DNA from: a virus
Lineage: Duplodnaviria; Caudoviricetes
Length of the DNA: 64,000 bases
IMG/VR virus record: IMGVR_UViG_3300037067_019009
Coordinates: 128,001-192,000 of that record
Reading direction: 5' to 3' (one strand)
Shown one piece after another: positions 18,027 to 26,247 of the stretch. Each line of letters begins with the position of its first letter. Within the stretch, counting starts at the first letter, position 1. The notes beneath the pieces are model-generated. The model was not told the origin of the DNA, made no database searches, and saw only the letters and a list, made by a program, of their open reading frames with translations. Made by a program: the position numbers and the translations under genes.

Positions 18027-18386
18027 ATGGATTATCCAAAGACTATATTTCTTGATATTGATGGCTGTGTATTAAAGCATGCCTCCGGTGTGCGTTCTAA
18101 TATAGAGGCTCCACCAACCTTACTACCAGGAGTGCTTGAGAAGCTCACTGAATGGGATGCTAAAGGTTATAAGATAGTGCTTACTACAGGTCGTAGAGAA
18201 AGTGAGCGAAGCATTACAGAGAAACACCTTAGTCAGCTGGGGGTATTCTATGATTGTCTATTGATGTCTTTGCCTAGAGGGCAGCGGGTAGTAATTAATG
18301 ATGCAAAGCCTGATCATACAGGCGAACTTACAGCGTGGGGTGTTACGATTGAGAGGGATGCCGGCTTAGCGGGAGTATGCGTTTAA
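18027..18386 (+). CDS. HAD-family phosphatase (minimal, capless)
   Basis: FLDIDG, LTTGR and IND motifs. Confidence 0.85.
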   Translation: MDYPKTIFLDIDGCVLKHASGVRSNIEAPPTLLPGVLEKLTEWDAKGYKIVLTTGRRESERSITEKHLSQLGVFYDCLLMSLPRGQRVVINDAKPDHTGELTAWGVTIERDAGLAGVCV

Positions 18387-18411
18387 GCATAAGTTACTAG
18401 GAGAGAAGCGC

Positions 18412-18762
18412 ATGATAGTAGTTGTAAAGATGTGGGGGTTAGAGGAGGTAGTAGAGACAAATCCCAAATACACTTTGAAACGCATAACTATGCATTCTGG
18501 TAAAAGGTGCAGTCTTCAGTACCATGAAGTTAAAACTGAGACTATTTATAATATCAGTGGGACACTGCTTGTTACTATTGAGGGAGTGGAGCATACTTTG
18601 TCTCCTGGGGATTATTGTACTATATTGCCAGGGGAGATCCATAGAATGTCGGCGGTAGAAGGGAATTGTGTATATATCGAAGCATCTACTAGTGAATTAG
18701 GCGATGTCGTTAGATTAGAGACTGATTATCCTGGAGCGGATGTAGACTATGCTAATTCATAA
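18412..18762 (+). CDS. Cupin, sugar-isomerase-like
   Basis: KMWG.E, SLQYHEVKTET, PGEIHR, EAST..L.DVVRL. Confidence 0.8.
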   Translation: MIVVVKMWGLEEVVETNPKYTLKRITMHSGKRCSLQYHEVKTETIYNISGTLLVTIEGVEHTLSPGDYCTILPGEIHRMSAVEGNCVYIEASTSELGDVVRLETDYPGADVDYANS

Positions 18763-20332
18763 AACTCCCACTGTACTTATAACTACATCCGGTACTGGAT
18801 CCAGACTTGGAGAGCTTACAAGCTACACTAATAAGTCGTTGGTGCGTGTCGGCTGTAAACCAGCGCTCTCTTATATAATAGAGTCTTATCCTAATGCCCA
18901 CTTCGTAATAACTCTCGGTTATAAGGGAGACCTAGTAAAGCAGTATATAGAAGTTGCACACCCGGGCGTAGATGTTACATATGTAACGGTAAATAACTAC
19001 GAGGGTCCGGGGTCCAGCTTGGTACACTCTATGCTGGCTGCTAGGCGCTACCTACAAGAACCTTTTATCTTTCATGCTGGAGATACAATAGTGTCTCCTC
19101 CGTCCACCGATGTTGCGTATAACTGGGTAGCAGCTGGTCCTAAAGCCGACTCTAGCGTGTATAGAACTCTTGTCGTTAAACATCTACGTACCGGAACTAA
19201 ACTTGTGTCCGTGGCAGAGAAGGGAAGCCTGTTTCCCGCTCCTTCTCATATAGGAGTGGTGGGTATTTATGAGTATGATTCTTTCTGGAAAGAAGCAGAA
19301 GCCTTAGCGTGCGCAGCGGCAGACAGTTCACTATCTGACGCACATGTTATAAATGCCATGCTATCAGCAGGGGCTGAGTTTGCAGTGTTGGGTGGCTGTA
19401 ACGATTGGTTGGATATAGGTAATGCCCACTCACTAGAAGAAGCCAGAGCATGTATACCAGATCGTATGGATAACCTGGATAAGGTAGATCAGTCTGTCTA
19501 TATAGTAGGTGACCGGGTTGTAAAGTTTTTCTCGGAGGAGAAAAGTAACCGGAACCGAGTAGAGAGGGCAAACATGTTAGCCGGTGTTATACCGGATATC
19601 CTAGGCTCTACTAAGAATTTCTTTTCTTATAGAAAAGCAGAGGGAAGTTTACTAGATTCTTCCATGTATCCATATGAGATGGAGGATTTTTTAGCTTGGT
19701 GCAAAGAGTGTCTTTGGATTCCACTTAACCCGCAGCCGCCTGATATACAACCATTGTGTACTAAGTTTTACAAGGCTAAAACACTTTCCAGAATAGCAGA
19801 TTTTTATGATAAAGCACACGTTGCAGATACTTCTGAGAGTATAAATGGTATCCTAGCCGACTCGTTGGCTTGTTATCTTAATGATCTGGACTGGGATAGA
19901 GTTACAAGTGGGATAGCTACTGAAAGATTTCATGGCGATTTACACTTCTCTAACGTGTTTTCTACGAATGAGGGATATAAACTGATAGACTGGAGAGAAG
20001 ATTTTGCTGGTGAGCTTGGCTATGGAGATGTCTATTATGATTTAGCTAAGTTGAATCATGGAATGATTGTTTCGCATACGATAGTGAAGAATAACTTATT
20101 TTCTATAGAAAATACTCCTGGTGGGATTTACTATGATATGTGCAGACCACATCGATTGGTTGCATGCCAGAAAGAGTTCTATTCCTTCTTAGAGAAAGAG
20201 GGGTATGATGTGTGGAAAGTAGACGTAATAACAGCTCTTATCTTTTTAAATATATGCTCTCTTCATCACTCCCCGTATGATATGTTTCTTTATTACCTGG
20301 GAAAAGATATGCTCAGGCAGGAGGTATCGTAA
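18749..20332 (+). CDS. Bifunctional NTP-sugar nucleotidyltransferase plus APH/choline-kinase-like phosphotransferase
   Basis: N-terminal SGTGSRL...NKSL and WLDIGN; C-terminal FHGDLHFSN, LIDWR, YYDLAKL. Confidence 0.82.
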   Translation: MLIHKTPTVLITTSGTGSRLGELTSYTNKSLVRVGCKPALSYIIESYPNAHFVITLGYKGDLVKQYIEVAHPGVDVTYVTVNNYEGPGSSLVHSMLAARRYLQEPFIFHAGDTIVSPPSTDVAYNWVAAGPKADSSVYRTLVVKHLRTGTKLVSVAEKGSLFPAPSHIGVVGIYEYDSFWKEAEALACAAADSSLSDAHVINAMLSAGAEFAVLGGCNDWLDIGNAHSLEEARACIPDRMDNLDKVDQSVYIVGDRVVKFFSEEKSNRNRVERANMLAGVIPDILGSTKNFFSYRKAEGSLLDSSMYPYEMEDFLAWCKECLWIPLNPQPPDIQPLCTKFYKAKTLSRIADFYDKAHVADTSESINGILADSLACYLNDLDWDRVTSGIATERFHGDLHFSNVFSTNEGYKLIDWREDFAGELGYGDVYYDLAKLNHGMIVSHTIVKNNLFSIENTPGGIYYDMCRPHRLVACQKEFYSFLEKEGYDVWKVDVITALIFLNICSLHHSPYDMFLYYLGKDMLRQEVS

Positions 20333-21117
20333 TGCCTAGTTTGGTTTCTATAATAGTGCCGTGTTTTAACTGCGCGGAGTTTTTACCAGATCTGGTAGAA
20401 AGCATACACAACCAAACCTATAAAAACTGGGAGCTAATCCTAGTAGACGACAACAGCACGGATAAATCTTCTATAGAGACGGAGACGGGCCTAATTGACA
20501 AATACTGCAGTGAAAATAGGGGCCTGGTTATACAAAGAGATACCAATGAGTTTATGACCAGAGCTAAAGAGACTGGTAGGCAGGAAGCGTGTGGGGACTA
20601 TATGCTCTACGTAGACCCAGACGATAAACTATTACCCACCTTTCTTAGCAAAACTGTTAGTCTGTTGGACGCAGAAGAGGATATAGTAGTAGCTTATACC
20701 AATTACCAGTGCTTTGGGGGCACTAACGCAATTATACACCAAAGTGATTTTTCGGTAGAACTTCTAAAAAGAGGATGTATAATTACAAGTTGTAGTTTAT
20801 TTAGAAGAGCTGCATTGGATCATGCTATCGATGCGGGGTATCGCTATGATTATTGTAGAAATATTGGTGGAGAGGATTGGGACTTCTGGTTAACCTTAGC
20901 GGAACTTGGATACACCGCTAAAAGAATACCGGAGGTATTATTTCTTTACAGAAGACATCCGGGGCAGTCTATTAATAGGGTAGACATGAACTGTCTTCCT
21001 TACTTAATATTAAGGCATCCACAGCTATATTCAGAGGCAGAGGGTGCTGGAGCTAGGCAGTATATGGCGTATAAGCATCCGGAAGAGCTAGCTAGTAGCA
21101 GGCCTTTAATACAGTGA
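20332..21117 (+). CDS. GT2 glycosyltransferase
   Basis: VSIIVPCFN, VDDNSTD, VDPDD, EDWDFW, YRRH. Confidence 0.92.
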   Translation: MPSLVSIIVPCFNCAEFLPDLVESIHNQTYKNWELILVDDNSTDKSSIETETGLIDKYCSENRGLVIQRDTNEFMTRAKETGRQEACGDYMLYVDPDDKLLPTFLSKTVSLLDAEEDIVVAYTNYQCFGGTNAIIHQSDFSVELLKRGCIITSCSLFRRAALDHAIDAGYRYDYCRNIGGEDWDFWLTLAELGYTAKRIPEVLFLYRRHPGQSINRVDMNCLPYLILRHPQLYSEAEGAGARQYMAYKHPEELASSRPLIQ

Positions 21118-21776
21118 AAGCATTTGTAAATAACTTCAACCACTTTACATGGACTAAAAGTCTTGTAGAAAATTTATACAGGCTTGGCGCGGAGCCGGTA
21201 ATTGTGGATAATGCATCTACCTATCCTCCTCTAATAGAGTGGTATGATTCTACCCCCTGTGAGATTATAAGATTAGAGACCAACACAGGCCACCTGGCTC
21301 CATGGAGTAGCGGTTCAGTAAATAGAATAGCTACTGGGTACTACATAGTGACGGACTCAGATCTAGATATCTCAGAGGTTCCTAACGATACTGTATCGCA
21401 TCTTATTGATGGCTACAATAAACATAAGGTAGTGAAGTGTGGGTTAAGTATAAGAATAGACGATCTTCCTGAAACTAAGATGGGGCAGGTGGCAAGAACT
21501 TGGGAAGCACATTTTTGGGCAAGGCCTACAGGAGATGGGTTCTTTCATGCAGACATAGATACTACTTTTGCTGTATACCATAAGGATAAAGAACCCACAC
21601 GGGTGTATCCGGCTTTGCGTGCTAATTCTCCATATACAGCTAGACACATGCCCTGGTATATTACTCCACATAATATTACTGAGGAGTTTGAGTATTTTAT
21701 GGCTACTACAAGTAAGAGTGAGACTTCTTCATGGAATGAATTAGTAGCTACTATTTATGAAGGGAGTAACGAATGA
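21114..21776 (+). CDS. GT-A/GT2-like glycosyltransferase (paralogue of 22540-23214)
   Basis: IVDNASTYPPL, TDSD, DTTFA, ARHMPWY. Confidence 0.8.
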   Translation: MKAFVNNFNHFTWTKSLVENLYRLGAEPVIVDNASTYPPLIEWYDSTPCEIIRLETNTGHLAPWSSGSVNRIATGYYIVTDSDLDISEVPNDTVSHLIDGYNKHKVVKCGLSIRIDDLPETKMGQVARTWEAHFWARPTGDGFFHADIDTTFAVYHKDKEPTRVYPALRANSPYTARHMPWYITPHNITEEFEYFMATTSKSETSSWNELVATIYEGSNE

Positions 21777-22540
21777 AAACACTCGTAGCTACAACTCTAT
21801 GGGTGCCGGATAGGGCAGAGTTTAGGTTAAGGTTGGTTACTCGCCACCTAGAGCATTTAGGACTATATACTGGGGATTGGGATTTGCACATTGTTGATAA
21901 CTGCGGAATCCTTGCAGATGAAGTATCTGCTGTTACACGTGCAGCGGAAGATTGTGGAAGACTAGTAACACTGAACTGCAGGTACGACAATCCTGGGTGG
22001 TGTACAGCTAGGAATCTTGCGCTTACTAGATTCTGGGAGGGTAATTATGACCAGATTATTTTGATGGACTGCGACTCCTGGTGCACCGATCTATCATGGA
22101 TAGAACTAGCTCAAGGGGCATCTAAGCTGCTCCCGGCGTACACACTTATATTCCCCGGTTCATATATACAGGGGACCTGCTATATAGGAGAGTTCAGATT
22201 CGAGGTAGTCAGGGATTGGTACGGGAATGTAAACGTTTTAACCAGAGACGCCGTTGCTACGGTTGGTGGTTATGATGGTGTGACCTATCCTTGGGCGTGG
22301 GGTTTTCATGACCTTGATTATGGAGTACGCCTCAAGAAAGCTGGTATGTTGTCTAAAGCAGGTAATCGATATTTGTCGCTTTGCGCTGGGTGCTCTGACG
22401 AGCACGATGAAGAGTACACACAAAAGCTGGCCACCATCAAAGGAGAGATTAGCCGTAAATCTTTTGTATTTTTTGATAGAGTGAGGAAGATAGAGCGTGG
22501 AGAAGCTCCGGTGTTCGTTGACTACAGAGTGTTACCGTAA
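21773..22540 (+). CDS. GT-A glycosyltransferase (GT2/GT7-like)
   Basis: IVDN, ARNLAL, MDCD, VGGYD...WGFHDLDY. Confidence 0.8.
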   Translation: MKTLVATTLWVPDRAEFRLRLVTRHLEHLGLYTGDWDLHIVDNCGILADEVSAVTRAAEDCGRLVTLNCRYDNPGWCTARNLALTRFWEGNYDQIILMDCDSWCTDLSWIELAQGASKLLPAYTLIFPGSYIQGTCYIGEFRFEVVRDWYGNVNVLTRDAVATVGGYDGVTYPWAWGFHDLDYGVRLKKAGMLSKAGNRYLSLCAGCSDEHDEEYTQKLATIKGEISRKSFVFFDRVRKIERGEAPVFVDYRVLP

Positions 22541-23214
22541 TGATGCCGGTCATCATAAATAATCGAGACCGTTTAGTGTGGCCTAAGGCCATGATAGGCG
22601 AGATTCAACGGATGGGTGATGTTCATATTATTATTGTGGATAACGCATCCACCTACCCACCGCTACTGGAGTGGTACGTTTCTGCTCCGTGTGAGGTGGT
22701 CATGCTCAAAGATAATCTAGGTCCTCGAGCGCCTTGGACGTCAGGTGTTATTTCTGGACTGACGAAGGATGTTTATATAGTAACGGATCCTGATCTGGAC
22801 CTCTCTGGCCTGCCCGCCAATACTATAGCCTATTTAGATAATGGTCTTAGCAAGCCGGGAGTATGGAAAGTGGGATTGTCCCTGAGACTTGATGATCTAC
22901 CAAATACTTCTATAGCTAACGCGGCTAAGAACTGGGAGCAGAGATTTTGGGGGTGCTACACTGGCGATGGTTACTATGTGGCTCCGGTAGATACCACGTT
23001 TGCCTTGTATAATCGAAAGACAGTACCGGAGGATATAGGGGGCTTTATAAACGGAGCTCTCAGGGCCGCACCCCCGTATTCAGCAAGGCACTTGCCCTGG
23101 TACCTTACGCCAGATACCGTGACGGAGGAGGAAAAACACTATTTATCCGCGGCCACATGCGGAACCTCAGGTTCCTTTTGGAACCAGAGTATAAAAAACA
23201 TTCTTGGTGTTTAA
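22540..23214 (+). CDS. GT-A/GT2-like glycosyltransferase (paralogue of 21114-21776)
   Basis: IVDNASTYPPL, TDPD, DTTFA, ARHLPWY. Confidence 0.8.
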   Translation: MMPVIINNRDRLVWPKAMIGEIQRMGDVHIIIVDNASTYPPLLEWYVSAPCEVVMLKDNLGPRAPWTSGVISGLTKDVYIVTDPDLDLSGLPANTIAYLDNGLSKPGVWKVGLSLRLDDLPNTSIANAAKNWEQRFWGCYTGDGYYVAPVDTTFALYNRKTVPEDIGGFINGALRAAPPYSARHLPWYLTPDTVTEEEKHYLSAATCGTSGSFWNQSIKNILGV

Positions 23215-23225
23215 TAATTTTGGAT

Positions 23226-23870
23226 ATGGGTGATGAAAGCCCAAGGATTTTCTTGGCTATTTATACGTTTGATAAGAAGTCTTATTGTGATGAGGAGTTT
23301 TTCGGAAAAATAAAAGCTCTGACTTACACGAATAAAGAAATTCATGTGGTGGATAACTCCACTACTGGTGGGTATACCACACGATTAGCTGAACTACTCG
23401 ATGGTACAGATTCAGAGATTTCGCATTTGGATATTGTCGTGCCACCAGGTTGTAGTAAGACACATGAGCATATAACCCAGTCTGCTAATCTTCTACGTGA
23501 TAAGTTTTTGGGTGGCGGGTGTGACTATTTCTTTACTGTAGAATCTGATGTATTTCTTCCGAGTAATGCTATAGAGGCTCTTTTAGAAAAAGTGGGCTCT
23601 TATGATATATTTGGTGGGCTCTACTACGAGGGCCGGTACCCTAAGGAGTGGTATGAAGAGGAGCATTCGGAAATAGAGGAAATGTCCCATGTACTTTCTG
23701 GATGTACGCTATATAGTAGGAGATCGATTGAGCAGGTGGCTTTTAGGTACGACCCCACGTTTTTAGTTGGCTACCCTGATGCCTTCATTAGCCATGATAT
23801 ATTTGGTTTGGGGTATAAATGCGCTATGTACACTGGAGTTAAGTGTGAGCATAAGCGCGGGGGGTGGTAG
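23226..23870 (+). CDS. GT-A glycosyltransferase
   Basis: VVDNS, VESD, SGCTL, PD and C-terminal H. Start re-called at ATG 23226. Confidence 0.72.
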   Translation: MGDESPRIFLAIYTFDKKSYCDEEFFGKIKALTYTNKEIHVVDNSTTGGYTTRLAELLDGTDSEISHLDIVVPPGCSKTHEHITQSANLLRDKFLGGGCDYFFTVESDVFLPSNAIEALLEKVGSYDIFGGLYYEGRYPKEWYEEEHSEIEEMSHVLSGCTLYSRRSIEQVAFRYDPTFLVGYPDAFISHDIFGLGYKCAMYTGVKCEHKRGGW

Positions 23871-23982
23871 CTTACAACCAATTAACGAAAATATCCCTAA
23901 AATACCACAGTCTGTTAGCTCAATCCGTGGCAAAAAAAGACCACTTTATATATGACACTTTTAGGATAGTGTATTAAAAACC

Positions 23983-24780
23983 TTGGGTAAAACTAATAAA
24001 ACAAACCCCGAGCGCCTCCCAGCTCTATATATCGACTTCTCCAAACCGGTTGAAGATAACATAGTTTACCCCCTTTCCCCAGCCACCAAGTCCAACTCTA
24101 TTCAGTTAATGGCTAGAAGCGCAGGTAAGAAGGCTGACGGATGGGAGACTGCTTCCATAAAACTTGTAGATGCTCAGCATGGTCTATATAGTGACATCCC
24201 TATGCTGTGCATGGGAAAAGCAGTTTCCGGCGGATGTGAGTATTCGAAGTTTTGTCCTTATTCGGAAGAAGAAGTTAATGAACGGTTTATAGGCATTAAC
24301 TGCCCGGTTGAAGTAGTTGAAGCGTTTAAACTGTTCGCAGGTTACATAGTAGATCTTGATATAAAACCTTCTGACTTTACCGATATCCAGACTGTAGTAG
24401 ATATAGTCAGGCTGCATCTACAAATACGCAGGTGTGACCTCTATATGAAAAGTAGGCCCATCTGGCAGGAGAACGTGGCTGGAGTTGTGCAGAGTTCGGG
24501 TAAGGCTAAATATAACAAAGTAGTAGGGGTAGGGCACACTATGTCTAGGGAGCTTCGTGGCGACCTAGATAGAAAATATCAGCAGCTTGTAGCCACAAGA
24601 GAAAGTAAAGTCAAAGCCGAGGTTGCCACTGGCAACGCCCAGAAAGATATGGCGACGGTCATGGCAAATATATATGCGGCGGCGGCTAAGGTTAATAAAA
24701 ACAAAGAAGATAAAGTAAAGAAATTGAAAGACACATCTACTGTAGACGCTGAGTTCGAAGTCTCTAGTGATGAAGATTGA
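23983..24780 (+). CDS. Putative terminase small subunit
   Basis: Upstream of TerL; four-Cys cluster followed by a helical region. Confidence 0.5.
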   Translation: MGKTNKTNPERLPALYIDFSKPVEDNIVYPLSPATKSNSIQLMARSAGKKADGWETASIKLVDAQHGLYSDIPMLCMGKAVSGGCEYSKFCPYSEEEVNERFIGINCPVEVVEAFKLFAGYIVDLDIKPSDFTDIQTVVDIVRLHLQIRRCDLYMKSRPIWQENVAGVVQSSGKAKYNKVVGVGHTMSRELRGDLDRKYQQLVATRESKVKAEVATGNAQKDMATVMANIYAAAAKVNKNKEDKVKKLKDTSTVDAEFEVSSDED

Positions 24781-24799
24781 AGGTAGGAGCTGAATAGTA

Positions 24800-25204
24800 A
24801 TGGCTGGTAAGCTTGATTTTATGCGGGGCGTGTTTGGTGACCTATATAAGGCGGGACGAAAAACAGCTGCTGAGCAGGCAGTGGCTGCAGCAGATGCGAG
24901 TACTTTTGTTAAGTCTGGTATGAATGCGGTAGAAAGGGAGGCAGCACGCCGAGCCTTTTTAGCCTATAGGTATAAAAATTATGCGAAGGGTATAGGTTTG
25001 CACGCGGCGGTGGGTGCTGCTGTTGGTGGAGGCTACGCGTCTTATAGAGGGGATAATGTGTTTGGTGGAGCATGGCGCGGAGCTAAGTATGGAGCATTAG
25101 CTGGTTTAGGGGGAAGCGCTGTACGTAATATAAAAAATCTTAAACCTGTGGGTAGATTTGCACTTTCTGCATATAGAGAAATGCGTGGGCCAGGAATACA
25201 CTAG
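24800..25204 (+). CDS. Gly/Ala-rich basic protein with hydrophobic segments (virion or ejection protein?)
   Basis: AAVGAAVGGG and GALAGLGG glycine-zipper-like segments. Confidence 0.55.
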   Translation: MAGKLDFMRGVFGDLYKAGRKTAAEQAVAAADASTFVKSGMNAVEREAARRAFLAYRYKNYAKGIGLHAAVGAAVGGGYASYRGDNVFGGAWRGAKYGALAGLGGSAVRNIKNLKPVGRFALSAYREMRGPGIH

Positions 25205-25255
25205 ATGCTGCCATTACACGCTATGTAATCCTCAATTAGTGGGCTACTTTTAGCA

Positions 25256-25744
25256 ATGGGATTATCCACAAGATTAGCAGAACAACTATCAAAAGCCGCG
25301 GAGGGCATGCTCGTAGCTGGAGTGAAGGCGGGAGAAGGCCTTCATGGCGTTTCAGGCAGGGCGATGCGAGGTATTGGTAAACAGGTATCTAAAGGCCTGT
25401 TTAATACTTATAGGGCAGAAATAGACCTATATAAGAAAGCGGGATCGTTCCTGATGTCTGGCGGTAGGGGGGCGGGTAGGATGTTAGCACGCGGGCCAAA
25501 CGGCACTACTCTACCTTGGATAGTTGGAGGAGAAGTAAACCCAGTTATACAAAAGAGGCTTATACCAGCTGGATTAGCGGCAGGTGTGGGCTTGGGGACT
25601 TATTCTTCCATGCAGGCTCAAGCATCAGCTCCAGATAGTCCAGGAAACATAGCCGTTAATGGCAACCTCGAGATAAGCACTCCCGGCATGCTTGACGCCA
25701 CGGGCTCCATGGTATTTTCTATGCATAAGAGAGGCAGAGGCTAA
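25256..25744 (+). CDS. Gly-rich protein (virion or ejection protein?)
   Basis: AGLAAGVGLG segment; lies within the packaging gene block. Confidence 0.55.
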   Translation: MGLSTRLAEQLSKAAEGMLVAGVKAGEGLHGVSGRAMRGIGKQVSKGLFNTYRAEIDLYKKAGSFLMSGGRGAGRMLARGPNGTTLPWIVGGEVNPVIQKRLIPAGLAAGVGLGTYSSMQAQASAPDSPGNIAVNGNLEISTPGMLDATGSMVFSMHKRGRG

Positions 25745-26151
25745 TGGGAGCGATATCCTCAGTACTTAAAGCTGCGAGCTCTAAATACGGCATCGTTGCG
25801 GTGACTGCTTATTCCGGGGCAAGCGAGCTGAAAAATCGTGAGCCGGGTAAAAGCGCCGTAGGCATAGTAGCCAAAACAGCCGCTGAAATGGCCATGTGGT
25901 ACGCTATCCCCGTGGTGGGTCAGGTGGTGCTGGGCGCGGAGCTTTTGTACTCAGTGGCCTCCTTAGCCAACCAGATTCACGCTAAAAATTCATCTTATAT
26001 TCGTACTGCACGCCAATCCTTTTCTCATTCATTCACTCATACTGATGCTACCTACCAGGCCCAGCAGCGTGGTATTGCTATGATAGGCAAACACAATGGG
26101 CTGCTAGGCTCCGAGGCTGGTATGATGGCCAGCCTTTACTCTCGCCGCTGA
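25744..26151 (+). CDS. Ala-rich hydrophobic protein (virion or ejection protein?)
   Basis: Central hydrophobic helix; TAATG coupling to the previous gene. Confidence 0.55.
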   Translation: MGAISSVLKAASSKYGIVAVTAYSGASELKNREPGKSAVGIVAKTAAEMAMWYAIPVVGQVVLGAELLYSVASLANQIHAKNSSYIRTARQSFSHSFTHTDATYQAQQRGIAMIGKHNGLLGSEAGMMASLYSRR

Positions 26152-26247
26152 GTATAGACTCAGCTGTTTCCTCCCCTCCTCCCTAAAAGGGCGGCATTGT
26201 TCTCTCCTCGAGTTCGGTGCCGCCCCCACGTATAGAGATAGTACATA

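Noticed and set aside
9397-23870. Glycan cluster as a host O-antigen or capsule locus (prophage boundary or chimera)
   Set aside because: No wzx, wzy, wzm, wzt or initiating transferase; continuous and co-oriented with phage genes on both sides; no integrase or att site seen. Read-level confirmation is still advisable.
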